Source of the DNA: an uncultured delta proteobacterium
GTDB taxonomy: Bacteria > Desulfobacterota > Binatia > UBA9968
DNA: 64,000 nucleotides
Direction: 5' to 3'
Assembly: GCA_963727625.1 (NCBI GenBank)
Contig: CAVSHR010000002.1
Span: 736,001-800,000 of the forward strand
In this document: piece by piece, positions 9,953 through 20,119 of the stretch
How positions within the stretch are numbered: the first letter of the stretch is position 1
How the letters are laid out: each line of letters begins with the position of its first letter
Translations under genes and position numbers: made by a program
The notes under the pieces: generated by a model
Databases searched by the model: none
Told to the model about the DNA's origin: nothing
The model's input: only the letters and a program-made list of their open reading frames with translations

Positions 9953-11002
9953 ATGAGAAATAAAAATTTGTGTTTTTGGGCAATGTCGATTTCGAGTCTG
10001 GTGATTTTAGGGATGCTTTCTCCGCAATCGGCTGAGGCCCAAAGTTCCAAAAGCTTTTTTGAGGGCAAAACGATTACGCTGATCGTGGGCTCCTCGGCGG
10101 GAGGCGGGACCGACAATACGGCCCGGCTGATTGCCCGGCACATCGTCAATCATATTCCCGGGCAACCTCGTGTTAACGTGACCAATATGGCCGGCGCGGG
10201 TGGCATGCGCGCCGCTAATCATCTCTACAATCGCGTCGACGGTGACGGACTGACCTGGGCTACCATGAATACGGGCGGGCTATTTGGTATGGCGACCGGC
10301 AACCCCGCCTTGAAGTTCGAGCTACAAAAATTCATTTGGATCGGTCAGGCTTTGGACGAGGCCCAGATGGTTTACGTCCGGTCCGCGACGCCCTACACCA
10401 GCTTCGACGCGATCAAGAAAGCCAACAAAGAAGGTAAGCGGCCGAAGATGGGAGCTCAAGCGAAGGCCCATTCGAGCAACGTCGTCATCAAGATTTTTGA
10501 ACAGATCCTCGGTGTCGATATCGATGTCGTCTACGGATATCCGGGCACGCCTGAGATCATGCTCGACATCGAGCGCGGCGCTCTCGACGGCCGTTCGCAA
10601 GGCCCCGGATCGCTGCTGTCGACCAAGCGCGATTGGATCGAGAATAAGTTCATCACGTTTTTGGCGACGTCCAAGGGCAGCAGAGATGACCGGTTGCCGC
10701 AGGTTCCGAGCATCGCCGAACTCGCGCCTGGAAGTGCCAAGCCGCTGCTGGCTGCGCTGTACGCCGTCCAAAACGTCGGCCGCTCCATCGTCATGCCTCC
10801 CAAGGTACCGGCGGACCGGGTGAAAATCTTGCGCAACGCGTTTGCCGCGATGACCAAGGATCCGGCGTTTCTGAAAGAGGCGGAGAAAATTTTCCTGGAG
10901 ATCGGCCTGACCCGCGGCGAGGACATGAATCGCGATATCGAGGAGACGATCAAGGACAAAAAATTGATGGCCATGTATAAAAAAATTCTCACTGCGCCAT
11001 AA
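9953..11002 (+). CDS. tctC: Tripartite tricarboxylate transporter substrate-binding protein (TctC/Bug)
   Basis: Signal peptide; FFEGKTITLIVGSSAGGGTD, NMAGAGG, GYPGT. GGAGG RBS. Confidence 0.88.
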   Translation: MRNKNLCFWAMSISSLVILGMLSPQSAEAQSSKSFFEGKTITLIVGSSAGGGTDNTARLIARHIVNHIPGQPRVNVTNMAGAGGMRAANHLYNRVDGDGLTWATMNTGGLFGMATGNPALKFELQKFIWIGQALDEAQMVYVRSATPYTSFDAIKKANKEGKRPKMGAQAKAHSSNVVIKIFEQILGVDIDVVYGYPGTPEIMLDIERGALDGRSQGPGSLLSTKRDWIENKFITFLATSKGSRDDRLPQVPSIAELAPGSAKPLLAALYAVQNVGRSIVMPPKVPADRVKILRNAFAAMTKDPAFLKEAEKIFLEIGLTRGEDMNRDIEETIKDKKLMAMYKKILTAP

Positions 11003-11024
11003 ATTGTCCTGAGGCGCTGTCGCA

Positions 11025-12503
11025 ATGCTGGAAGCGATTCAATCGGCTTCGGCCGAGGTCTTCACGCTGAGCCGGATCGCGTGGCTCGTGTCCGGTGTGC
11101 TTCTGGGGATGATCATCGGCATCATCCCAGGGCTGAGCGGCAGGGTCGGGCTCGCGATTGTCTTGCCGTTTGTCGTCAAGATGGACCCCGCAAGCGCGCT
11201 GGTTTTGATTGTCGGGATCCACGCGATCACCAATACCTCTGATACGATCCCAGCGGTGCTCTTCGGTGTTCCCGGGACGACCGGGGCGACGGCGACGATC
11301 ATGGACGGCCATCCGATGGCGAAAAACGGCGAGGTCGAGCGCGCGTTCGGCGCGGCTTTTGTTGCGTCGGCCGTCGGTGGCCTGATCGGCGCATTCACGG
11401 TGCTCGCGACCATTCCGATTCTCCGGCCGCTCATTCTCACCTTCGGCAACCCGGAATTTTTTATGACGGCGATTCTCGCCATCACCATGGTAGCGGTGCT
11501 CACCGGCGGCGCGCCGTTGAAGGGTCTTATCGCCGGCGCTTTCGGGCTCTTGATCGGCATGATCGGCGACGCGCCGCAGACGGCGGTGCAACGTTGGACC
11601 TTCGGCCAGCTTTATCTCTGGGATGGGTTGCCGCTGGTGCCGGTGGCCTTGGGTCTTTTCGCCATCCCCGAGATCATCGATATGACCCTCGGCGGGACAA
11701 AAATCGCGCCTAACTCGGCGCCGACCGACACATCGACGCGCTGGCAGGGTGTGTTGGATATCATGCACAACTGGTGGCTCGTGTTAAGGTCGAGCTTGCT
11801 CGGTACCTGGATCGGCATTCTGCCAGGAATGGGCAGCACGACCGCGATCTGGTTGGCTTATGGACACGCGGTGCAAACTAGCAAAGACAAGGACCGTTTC
11901 GGTAAAGGCGATGTGCGCGGCGTCATCGCGCCGGAGGCGGCGAACAACGCCAGTGACGCGGGCGATTTTGTTTTGACTCTGGCCTTCGGTGTGCCGGGTA
12001 GCACGACCATGGCGCTGATTCTGGCCGCCTTGCTGTTATTGGGGCTCACGCCGGGACCGAAAATGCTCACCGAACATCTCGATCTCACCCTGGTGATCGT
12101 TTGGAGTCTTGTGCTGGCCAACCTGTTGGCTACTGCTTTGTGCTTTGCCTTTGCCAGGCAACTCGCCCGCATTACTCGGCTCCCCGTGCACTATCTTTTT
12201 CCCGTGCTGATCGTTGTGATCTTCGTGGCCGCGTTTCAGACTACGGCGGATTGGGGTGATTTGGTCACGCTGATCGGGTTTTCGTTGCTTGGCATCGCCA
12301 TGAAGCGATTCGAATGGCCTAGACCGCCGTTGATCGTCGGCATCGTCCTGCAGCGGTTAGCGGAAACCTATTTCTTTTTGACGACCAAGCTCTATGGCGC
12401 TGCGTGGGTGACACGGCCGTTGGTGCTGCTACTTTTCACCCTGGCGGTGGGCACGATCGGCCACGCGGTTTGGCGCCGCTATCGGGCTGAGGTTGTGCAA
12501 TGA
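11025..12503 (+). CDS. tctA: Tripartite tricarboxylate transporter large permease TctA
   Basis: GIIPGL, FGVPG, DGHPMAK, GLFAIPE, APEAANNA, AFGVPGS; many TM segments. Confidence 0.92.
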   Translation: MLEAIQSASAEVFTLSRIAWLVSGVLLGMIIGIIPGLSGRVGLAIVLPFVVKMDPASALVLIVGIHAITNTSDTIPAVLFGVPGTTGATATIMDGHPMAKNGEVERAFGAAFVASAVGGLIGAFTVLATIPILRPLILTFGNPEFFMTAILAITMVAVLTGGAPLKGLIAGAFGLLIGMIGDAPQTAVQRWTFGQLYLWDGLPLVPVALGLFAIPEIIDMTLGGTKIAPNSAPTDTSTRWQGVLDIMHNWWLVLRSSLLGTWIGILPGMGSTTAIWLAYGHAVQTSKDKDRFGKGDVRGVIAPEAANNASDAGDFVLTLAFGVPGSTTMALILAALLLLGLTPGPKMLTEHLDLTLVIVWSLVLANLLATALCFAFARQLARITRLPVHYLFPVLIVVIFVAAFQTTADWGDLVTLIGFSLLGIAMKRFEWPRPPLIVGIVLQRLAETYFFLTTKLYGAAWVTRPLVLLLFTLAVGTIGHAVWRRYRAEVVQ

Positions 12504-13015
12504 ACGAGCCCACGGCACGGTCAAAATTCGATCCGTCTTTTTGGCTGTCATTATTTTTCGTCATCGTTCTCACCGTCGGCGTGGTGACTGCCGGCGCCTG
12601 GCGCTGGGATACGCGTCTATTTCCATGGGCCATCGGCGTCCCCGCGTTGGTCCTCGCGCTTTGGCAATTGGCCGCGGATGCCCGCGGCGGGCGCGCTCGA
12701 TTGCCGGCGGAAGCGAAAGCCGCCGAAGCAGCCGGCGATCTTGCGCTGGATTCCACCATACCGGCAGAGATCGTCAGAGAGCGGACCTTGAGAGCCATCG
12801 CTTGGATCGCTGTTTTTATGCTTGGAATCTGGCTGGGGGGCTTTCTGATCGCAATCCCGATTTTCGTCGCGCTCTATTTGTTCTACGAAGCTCGCGCCGG
12901 GCTTGTGGCCGCCATCTTGTTGGCGGGCTGTACGGAGTTATTTGTGTGGGGAATTTTCGATTGGTTGATGAACATTGCCTGGCCGGAGGCGGCGCTGTTT
13001 GCCCTATTTCGCTAG
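12500..13015 (+). CDS. tctB: Tripartite tricarboxylate transporter small subunit TctB
   Basis: ATGA overlap with tctA; RLFP motif, 4-5 TM segments and C-terminal WP. Confidence 0.85.
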   Translation: MNEPTARSKFDPSFWLSLFFVIVLTVGVVTAGAWRWDTRLFPWAIGVPALVLALWQLAADARGGRARLPAEAKAAEAAGDLALDSTIPAEIVRERTLRAIAWIAVFMLGIWLGGFLIAIPIFVALYLFYEARAGLVAAILLAGCTELFVWGIFDWLMNIAWPEAALFALFR

Positions 13016-13601
13016 AAAGTCACGACCTACTAAGGGAGCCTCAATTTAGAGACATTGGATATGCCGCAATGCATATTTCCAGGAGTGCCAAGGGGCAAGC
13101 GAACGAAGGGCACCATCGCTGGCCTACCCGCAAGCCACGTCGACCGACGGAGGGCTCATCATGGATGGTTCGATCGTCAAGCGGATCGACGAATCGGGAT
13201 TCGGCAAAACGCCGTACAAGAAAATAGCGGCTCCGGAGAGAGACTTCGAGGAAGTTTCGCCGCTGCGTTGACCGACGAGTCGCGAATTGGAACCGGAGCA
13301 GGGCGCATCGGCTTTGCGTCCCGTGATGGTCGCCGAACGGCGCCGCGCTTGTTCCGGGAAGATTCCCTGTCGATGTTTCGGGCGGGATGCGGCGCTTGCG
13401 GCAACACGCGGCGAGCTTGATCGTTGGGGTGGTTAGGCCTAAGATCCTGATCGATCCGACGCGGCCGCTATAATGGCATACCAAGCGCCGTTGCAGCGGC
13501 AGAGTTGATGTCCGTTTGGTCCTCGGCCTTGAGCAAGGCCGGGTCGGTCATAGTTTTATACGTGAGTTAAAGAAGTCTCTAAACCCGAGGGGAGATCGAC
13601 C

Positions 13602-13964
13602 ATGGCACGCATCAGACACATCGCATTACTGACGAAGGATACCGAGAAACTCGCGGAGTTTTACAAAACGTCCTTCGGACTCAAAGAAGTCGCGCGCAGT
13701 GGCGAAGCGAGCGAGCACGGCAGGGCGATCTATCTTTCCGATGGCCACATCAATCTCGCCGTTCTTCCGGCGCGCAATCGCCGCGAAGGGATTTTCCATT
13801 TCGGCATGGAAGTCGGCGATGTCAAAGCAGCGGCGCAAACCGCGCTGGCGGCGGGCGCCACGGGCGGCACGGCGGCGCTGCCCAAGGACGGACGTTTTGC
13901 CGAAACCTTCGTACTCGACCCGGTGGGCACCCGCGTCGATCTATCGCTCGGATGGAAAGTTTGA
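13602..13964 (+). CDS. VOC/glyoxalase family protein
   Basis: RIRHIAL, FYKTSFGL, LSDGHINLA, HFGMEV, DPVG; GGGGAG RBS. Confidence 0.88.
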   Translation: MARIRHIALLTKDTEKLAEFYKTSFGLKEVARSGEASEHGRAIYLSDGHINLAVLPARNRREGIFHFGMEVGDVKAAAQTALAAGATGGTAALPKDGRFAETFVLDPVGTRVDLSLGWKV

Positions 13965-14072
13965 GTTGTGCCGGCTAATGCTCAATGCTTGGCGCGGCCA
14001 AGCGTCGTACCGGGATGAACTAGACCATGCCGGTATGATGATACTATCTTCTTCGGCTAGGATTTAGCCGAT

Positions 14073-15602
14073 ATGACGCCGGCGGCAGCTGCTCCCAGCC
14101 ATCTTTCTTTCCCGCTCAAAACTTGCCGCGCTTTTGTCGCGCTCGCATCATTGGCCTCGGTCAATGTGTGGAGCGGCTGTGCTGTAGCCCCACCCTGGCA
14201 AGATCACGCCGTTGGCGGCATAGGCCATATCGAAGTCCGGAAAACCGACGGTCGAGTCGAAGGCGTGGTCATCGGCGCGCCCTTCGGGCTTGTGGAACCT
14301 GATGCGGCTGAAGTGGCCATGACGCTGAGCGATCAAACGGGCGCAGGGTTAGTGATCGCCTACGGTTTTCGCGCGAAACGAATTCCGGTCGCTCAGCCCC
14401 TGGTCCATATGTCGCCTGTTGCGGGCCCAATCGCCAATGAGCGCTGGCCTGACAGCGTCTATCCTGAATTTCGCTCGCTGATGCAAAGCACCGTCAGTGG
14501 CCCGGTGAAATTTTATGTCGGGGTTCGCGCTATCGATGCGAAGAGCAGTGTAGATCGCATCGAAGTCGCCACCTGCGGGCTCAGTTTTGAACAGGTTAAA
14601 GCCGTGAAAGCGGCATTTATCCGGATTCGCGACCGGGCCATTGCAAGCAGCTCAATTCCGAAGATCGATATGACGCTTAATCCCGTCGACGATATTTCAT
14701 GGAACGTCAAGGGAGTTAAAAATCATGGCGTGTTGCTGCTCGCGGAAAAGGGTTTGATCCTGCGCATGCCCAAAATACTCTCCGATCCGCAGGCTAAATT
14801 GGTTTACACTAAAATCTTCATTGACTGGGTCTCTAAAGCGCTGAATCTGGTCGCGCAGAATCCGTCTCATTTGCCGGCCGTCCGGGTAACGCTCGTGCCC
14901 TATGGCCGGATCGAGACGAGTCCGTCGCGAAAAAATATCGCCGGCATCGTCATCGGCGCCCCGCATGGAAGTTTCGATCGGCATACTTCCGAGTTGGCCG
15001 AAGAACTCAGCTATAGAACATCGCTCGCCGCGGTGACGGTTAAGGGGTTTTCGCCCACCGAAGGGGACGGCTGGCGCATCAACGTCAACCGGCCAACCGA
15101 AAAGCGCTATCCGAGCGGCGAGCCGGAGCAAGAGCGCGGCACCGAGCGTGCTCGCCAAGCCTTTCGACGGTACCGCAAAACCGTTCTTAACGCAGCGGGC
15201 GGGACCTTGGATCTCTATATCGATCTGCATGAAAATGGTGTCGACGATAATATCGACGTGGCCACGCTGGGTGTCTCGCGCGAGGAAGCGCGCGTCGTGA
15301 CGGATACCTATCGCGAAATTCGCGACCGCATGATTGAACGGCGGCCCGGCCTGTCTAGAATCAATATTGCGATCGAGCCGGTCGATAAAGTGACCTTTAC
15401 GGCCCGTGTCGCCAAGCAGGAGGGAATTCTGCGAGTGGCAAAGCGGAGCTTTCATTTCGAATTGCCGACGCATCGTTTGTTCTACGACGCAGGTGTCCGC
15501 CACGCGTACACGGAAATTCTAAGCGAATTGATCCAGCGACTCGCCGGGTTGCGCGTTGCTCAATTCGAAGCCCGGGCGGAATCGATTCTCCCGATCCGAT
15601 AA
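14073..15602 (+). CDS. Hypothetical lipoprotein with two tandem Zn-carboxypeptidase-like domains (N-formylglutamate amidohydrolase/poly-gamma-glutamate hydrolase-like)
   Basis: Lipobox-like WSGC. C-domain GAPHGSFD, INVNRP, IDLHE and HFELP; the N-domain is a degenerate copy. Paralog of 16109-17590. Confidence 0.7.
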   Translation: MTPAAAAPSHLSFPLKTCRAFVALASLASVNVWSGCAVAPPWQDHAVGGIGHIEVRKTDGRVEGVVIGAPFGLVEPDAAEVAMTLSDQTGAGLVIAYGFRAKRIPVAQPLVHMSPVAGPIANERWPDSVYPEFRSLMQSTVSGPVKFYVGVRAIDAKSSVDRIEVATCGLSFEQVKAVKAAFIRIRDRAIASSSIPKIDMTLNPVDDISWNVKGVKNHGVLLLAEKGLILRMPKILSDPQAKLVYTKIFIDWVSKALNLVAQNPSHLPAVRVTLVPYGRIETSPSRKNIAGIVIGAPHGSFDRHTSELAEELSYRTSLAAVTVKGFSPTEGDGWRINVNRPTEKRYPSGEPEQERGTERARQAFRRYRKTVLNAAGGTLDLYIDLHENGVDDNIDVATLGVSREEARVVTDTYREIRDRMIERRPGLSRINIAIEPVDKVTFTARVAKQEGILRVAKRSFHFELPTHRLFYDAGVRHAYTEILSELIQRLAGLRVAQFEARAESILPIR

Positions 15603-15735
15603 CCACAGGCGCCCTCCATTTTAACATCAGCTTTAGCGCTGCATATTCGCTACGCGGCCGGCTTCCGTTACGCTCTACTTCTTTTTCTTTGGACCACAGA
15701 ATTGCTCGCCGACGTTCCACATCGCATCAGAGCTT

Positions 15736-15796
15736 ATGTGAACAATTTTTACAGTTTTCTTTGCGTTGTGCAGCTCGGTTACATAAAAATTCATAC
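15736..15796. promoter_or_regulatory. Paired putative bEBP upstream activator sites (UAS)
   Basis: ATGTGAACAATTTTTACAG at 15736 and GTTACATAAAAATTCATAC at 15778, 42 bp apart; same motif and spacing as 21242/21284. Confidence 0.55.
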
Positions 15797-15818
15797 TCGA
15801 TGCTCCGAGTTTCTAGAT

Positions 15819-15831
15819 AATCAGTTTATTT
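15819..15831 (+). promoter_or_regulatory. Possible IHF site
   Basis: AATCAGTTTATTT is close to WATCARNNNNTTR and lies between the UAS and the sigma54 box. Confidence 0.35.
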
Positions 15832-15867
15832 GCAAAGGTTTATTTATTTTCGTCTTTTTGCCGCATC

Positions 15868-15883
15868 GGGCACGTCTGTTGCA
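15868..15883 (+). promoter_or_regulatory. sigma54 -24/-12 promoter
   Basis: GGGCACG-TCTG-TTGCA against consensus TGGCACG-N4-TTGCW, with exact GG-N10-GC spacing. Confidence 0.65.
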
Positions 15884-15922
15884 GCCGACAAAGTTCGAGT
15901 TCGGAGGGCTCCGAGGCCGAGC

Positions 15923-16015
15923 ATGACTTATTCACCGCGAACTAAGGGTTTGACACCGGCAGCGCGAGTTCAGGAATTAGCTTGGTTTGGGACGACCGCT
16001 CGCTTTGGAATCTAG
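15923..16015 (+). CDS. Possible 30-aa small ORF (MTYSPRTKGLTPAARVQELAWFGTTARFGI)
   Basis: First ATG after the predicted sigma54 start site, with GAGG 6 nt upstream; no recognised homology. Confidence 0.3.
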   Translation: MTYSPRTKGLTPAARVQELAWFGTTARFGI

Positions 16016-16108
16016 GCATTCCGGAGCGGATTAGCCGGCTCCAAGTCGGCATGAATGTGTGATGAAGGGGGCGAAACGCCGTCTGATTTCTTCCGATTAT
16101 CCAGCCCA

Positions 16109-17590
16109 ATGTCAGGGCGAACCAGAGGCCGTGGCAAGGAACCGGTCAACGGCTACTCCTTCCGCTGGTTGGTTCTCACGGTAACTCTCCTGCTCTGGAG
16201 CGGCTGCAGCCTCCAACAGCCGCTCCAGAGTCAACCCATCGGCGACTTAGGTCGCATCGAATACAGAAAAACTCAGCCGTATACTAAGGGTGTTGTCGTC
16301 GGTGTGCCGCATGGATTGTCCGAGCCGGCCGCTGTAGACTACGGCAATAGCATCGCGAGTGCGACCGGTTCCGGCATTGTGGTCGCTTACGGGTTTAGTG
16401 CCAGACGAGTCTCCGTGACCCAACCCTTAGTGCGCTCGGTTGCGTTGCAATCCTTCCCGTCGGATCCATACCATCGCGTCAGCATCTATCCTGAATTCAA
16501 AGCCTTGCTGCGCCGCGCGGCGGACGGACCGGTAAAATTCTACGTCGGCATCCGCACGGCGACGAAAAAGTCTGCTCTAAAACGCATCGAGGTCGCGACC
16601 GCCGGTTTTTCATTCGCACAAGCGAGGGTGCTGAAAGATACGTTTGCTCGGATTCGCGATCGCGAGCTTGATGGGGTCGCGATTGCCAAGTTCGACCTCG
16701 CTTTGGATCCGCTCGATCATCTTTCTTGGAGCATCGATGGGTTTAAACATCATGGGGTGCTGATGCTCGCCGAGAAGGGATTGAACCTTCGATTGCCTGA
16801 TAGTTTAGCGAACGTTACGGCGAAGAGGGTCTACGGCAAAATACTAAGCGAGTGGGCTCGCGAGGCTATCGTGATGGCGGAAACAGACCTCGCTGGGTTG
16901 CCCCAGGTGCAAGTCACCAAACTGGCCTACGGCAAGCTCGAGTTGATAGCCCCGGCGCGCCAAGGCTATGGGATCGTCGTCGCCGCGCCGCATGGGACAT
17001 TCGACGCGCACACGGCTGGAATGGTTCGACTTATCTGCTCGCGGGACGGCTTGGCGGGGGTGGTCGCTACTGGTTTCACGCCCACCGAGAGCGGTGATGG
17101 TTGGCGCATCAATGTCAATCGGCCGACCGAGCTGCGCGTCAACGCGAGCGACCGGGAGATTCAAACGGAGCGTGCCGCGACGACCTACGATAGGTTTCGA
17201 AAAACTGTGCTCAAGGCGGCCCAAGGCACGTTAAATTTGTACATCGATATCCATCAAAACGGCGGCCAGCGCATAGAAGTTGCCACGGTCGGACTCTCCA
17301 TGGATGAGGCGAGGTTTGTGAAAAAGACTTATCGGGAATTGCGCGATAAGGTGCTTGCAGTGCGCCCGGATATCGCGGTTGTCGAGCTGGCTATTGAGCC
17401 GCTCGACAGTCTCGAAGTCGGCGCCTGGGCGGCCAAAACCAACGGCATCCTGCGCTTGGCCAAAAAAAGTCTGCACTTCGAATTGCCCGCCGACGGCATC
17501 ATGGCAACGGATATACAACGAGAAATTTACACTGACATCCTGACCGAACTGCTCGGCAAGGTTGCCGCGCAAGTCGCCGGTCCCCGCTAG
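16109..17590 (+). CDS. Hypothetical lipoprotein with two tandem Zn-carboxypeptidase-like domains (paralog of 14073-15602)
   Basis: LLLWSGC lipobox. C-domain AAPHGTFD, INVNRP, IDIHQ and HFELP; N-domain GVPHGLSE/FYVGIR. Start uncertain (16055 or 16109). Confidence 0.7.
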   Translation: MSGRTRGRGKEPVNGYSFRWLVLTVTLLLWSGCSLQQPLQSQPIGDLGRIEYRKTQPYTKGVVVGVPHGLSEPAAVDYGNSIASATGSGIVVAYGFSARRVSVTQPLVRSVALQSFPSDPYHRVSIYPEFKALLRRAADGPVKFYVGIRTATKKSALKRIEVATAGFSFAQARVLKDTFARIRDRELDGVAIAKFDLALDPLDHLSWSIDGFKHHGVLMLAEKGLNLRLPDSLANVTAKRVYGKILSEWAREAIVMAETDLAGLPQVQVTKLAYGKLELIAPARQGYGIVVAAPHGTFDAHTAGMVRLICSRDGLAGVVATGFTPTESGDGWRINVNRPTELRVNASDREIQTERAATTYDRFRKTVLKAAQGTLNLYIDIHQNGGQRIEVATVGLSMDEARFVKKTYRELRDKVLAVRPDIAVVELAIEPLDSLEVGAWAAKTNGILRLAKKSLHFELPADGIMATDIQREIYTDILTELLGKVAAQVAGPR

Positions 17591-18041
17591 CCCAAAACTC
17601 TCACACCCGGCGATAACCCTGCTGGTCATTTCCCGTAATCGGGGAGCTGCCACAGAGTGGAAAGAGTCCCGTTGTGGTCCACTCCACCTCCCTGTTTTTT
17701 CCGGGCTTCCTCTGGTGGAGCTGAAGCTTAAATCGTGATCTGGCGTCAGCCGTGCGAAACGAGTCGCCAAGCGACTGCATTTGATACTCTAAGAGTCGCA
17801 TTCTCCTAATAGCTAGCGGCTTCGTTTGCGGTTATCACACTATAAGTTCGAAGCCTGACAGCTTTGAAGCTAAGTTGATTCGCCTGATTTCTAGGAAATA
17901 AAAAATAAATAGTCATTATGGATCGTTGACTGCCCGGTCGTTTAAACTTTCCGAACTTTATCCCAAGTACAAACAGAATTCGGTTAATTTTGTCGGTTAA
18001 TTTTGTGGTTGACCGCCTAGGACTTTTGGAGTACATGAAAC

Positions 18042-18056
18042 ATGCTCAATGAGCAT
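18042..18056. promoter_or_regulatory. Perfect 15-bp inverted repeat upstream of the bEBP gene
   Basis: ATGCTCA-A-TGAGCAT, ending just over 20 bp before ATG 18080. Confidence 0.3.
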
Positions 18057-18079
18057 TCGGCGCGTGAGGTTAAATTATT

Positions 18080-19441
18080 ATGGTTCGTGTATTGGTCGTT
18101 GAAAAAGAAGGTCGTACGAGAGCAGTGCTGCAATGCCAGTTGCGCAGCAGCGCAAAGGTGAAGTCGGCGGCCTGTATCGAATCGGCGATGGAAAAGCTCG
18201 CCAATCATAAATACGACCTTATCCTCTGGAACACCTGCTCGGACCGGTTAGCTCTCGCGAACTTCAAGGACACGCTGATTCTGTTGTCGCAAAAAACCCT
18301 CGGCACGAGGACGATTGTGTTAACCCCTCCTCAAGATACTACTGCGCTAGCGCCTTGTGCAAAGCATCTCTACGTTAAGCCGCAACCCAACAACGACGAA
18401 GAGCTGCTGGCGCTGGTCGAAAATCACCTCCCGCTTGTAAACGAGGACGAGCCGAATCGCCCGGCGATCGGTGAGTTGGATTTACCGATGGAGCTGGAGG
18501 GGCTCATCACGGTCAGTTTACCAATGCGGGCGGTGATCCGGCGGATTATCGAAGCGGCGGGGGTGGACATCCCGGTGTTGATCACGGGGGAGACCGGAAC
18601 CGGGAAAGATCTGATCGCCGCGGCGATCCACAAGCGCAGCCTGCGCAAGGACAAGCCGTATATACCGGTCAATACCGGAGCGATGGCGCCGGAGCTGATC
18701 GCGAGCGAGATTTTCGGACACGAGCGGGGCTCGTTTACCGGAGCGCAAGAAGCGCGGGCGGGGATCTTCGAGCAAGCCGACGGCGGCACGGTGTTTTTGG
18801 ATGAAATCGCCACGATGGACGAGAAGACGCAGGTAAGCTTGCTGCGGGTGTTGGAGGAGAAGGCGTTTCGGCGAGTGGGGGGGATCAAGAAGATCGGGGC
18901 CGATGTACGGATCATCGCGGCGACCAACGAGAATCTGGAGCGCAACGTAACGGAGAAGCGGTTTCGGGAGGATCTATTTTATCGGCTCAATGTGTTTCAC
19001 ATCAACGTGCCGCCGTTGCGCGAGCGGCCTGGAGCGATCACGGTATTGACGGATCATTTTTTATCGCATTTTTCGACGGTGTACGGGAAAGATGTGGAGC
19101 GGGTCTCGCCGGAGACTTACCGGTTGTTGCGTCGCTATCCATGGCCGGGCAACGTGCGCGAGCTCAAGAACGTGATTCAGACCGCGTTGCTGATGATCGA
19201 AGGCAAGGAACTCAAACCCGAGTTCATCCCTCAAAGAATCCGGGACGCCGATAGTGCCACTCGGACCGCCAGCGATTCCATTTGTTCCTTTCGCATCGGT
19301 ACTTCATTAGACGCGGTTGAAAAAGAACTGATGCGCATGACACTCATGCGCGTTGGCGGCAACAAGAAGTTGGCGGCGAGTATTCTCGGTATCAGCCGGC
19401 GCGCTCTCTACAACAAGATCAAGAGGCATGAGCTGCACTGA
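18080..19441 (+). CDS. sigma54-dependent transcriptional activator (bEBP) with degenerate receiver-like N-terminus
   Basis: GETGTGKD (Walker A), GHERGSFTGA, FLDEI, FREDLFYRL, WPGNVREL and a Fis-type HTH. The N-terminus VLVVEKE...YDLILWN lacks the phospho-Asp. Confidence 0.93.
   Translation: MVRVLVVEKEGRTRAVLQCQLRSSAKVKSAACIESAMEKLANHKYDLILWNTCSDRLALANFKDTLILLSQKTLGTRTIVLTPPQDTTALAPCAKHLYVKPQPNNDEELLALVENHLPLVNEDEPNRPAIGELDLPMELEGLITVSLPMRAVIRRIIEAAGVDIPVLITGETGTGKDLIAAAIHKRSLRKDKPYIPVNTGAMAPELIASEIFGHERGSFTGAQEARAGIFEQADGGTVFLDEIATMDEKTQVSLLRVLEEKAFRRVGGIKKIGADVRIIAATNENLERNVTEKRFREDLFYRLNVFHINVPPLRERPGAITVLTDHFLSHFSTVYGKDVERVSPETYRLLRRYPWPGNVRELKNVIQTALLMIEGKELKPEFIPQRIRDADSATRTASDSICSFRIGTSLDAVEKELMRMTLMRVGGNKKLAASILGISRRALYNKIKRHELH
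18530..19230 (+). repeat. 701-bp direct repeat, copy 1 (AAA+ core of bEBP1)
   Basis: Runs from GCGGTGATCCGG to AGTTCATCCC; appears identical to 20234-20934. Confidence 0.9.
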
Positions 19442-20119
19442 TCTTTGAACCGACCTGCGCCCTATAGACCTATCAAGAACTAAACGAAATTTACGCCCCC
19501 GGCAAGACGCCGTTACGTGGACTCTTTGCCTGCCCGGAAGTTTGTTTTTCTGAGTATAGCGGACGAAGCTTTTATGTTGCCGGTCGCTGCCGCGTCTCGA
19601 AGGGTTTAACCAAGCCTATCAGAGTTTCTCCGGGCACGGGCGAGGCTAGCCTCACATTGGTCAAGAATAGATCTGGCCGTCCTCGGAAATCATAAAGAAC
19701 GGCATATGTCGTCAGCATAGCGCGCCGGTTATTCCTCAAAAATAAACTCCAAGGTTCTGCGGTCCGGCGAACTGCGGCCGGCGCGACAAGGGCACGGCGG
19801 TAAGACCGTGGATCGCCACCGTGCCGAGGATTGATTACTAAAACGTCAGGATTGCCGCCGTTCGGTCTAGTCGTATGCCGTTGAGAGATCTGCAGCGCGG
19901 AGACCGATGCCGCCGCCGCTACGACGATCCCGCGCAACACCGCTCAATCCAGAAATAACCGCTCGCGCCGACTACTGGTCTGATAAGGCCGGCCGGCGCA
20001 GCATCGCCGCTTTAAAAAAGACGGGAATATTTTGCGGTTTTAACTCTTGCGCTTCGTCTAAATTAAGGGATATGGTCCCTGCGCATGCCATTTGATGGCG
20101 TTATGAAGCGAACCTGGTT

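Noticed and set aside
13041-13484. ORFs 13055-13420 (+) and 13041-13484 (-) in the gap after tctB
   Set aside because: No motifs or clear RBS and Arg/Gly-rich shadow composition; no convincing RNA structure either.
13474-13489. TGGCATACCAAGCGC, GG-N10-GC upstream of the VOC gene
   Set aside because: Lacks the TT before GC and has no UAS; likely chance in GC-rich DNA.
17741-17756. TGGCGTCAGCCGTGCG, possible sigma54 box upstream of bEBP1
   Set aside because: Poor match and over 300 bp from the start codon.
19572-19940. 122-aa minus-strand ORF between the bEBP genes
   Set aside because: No recognisable domain or RBS.
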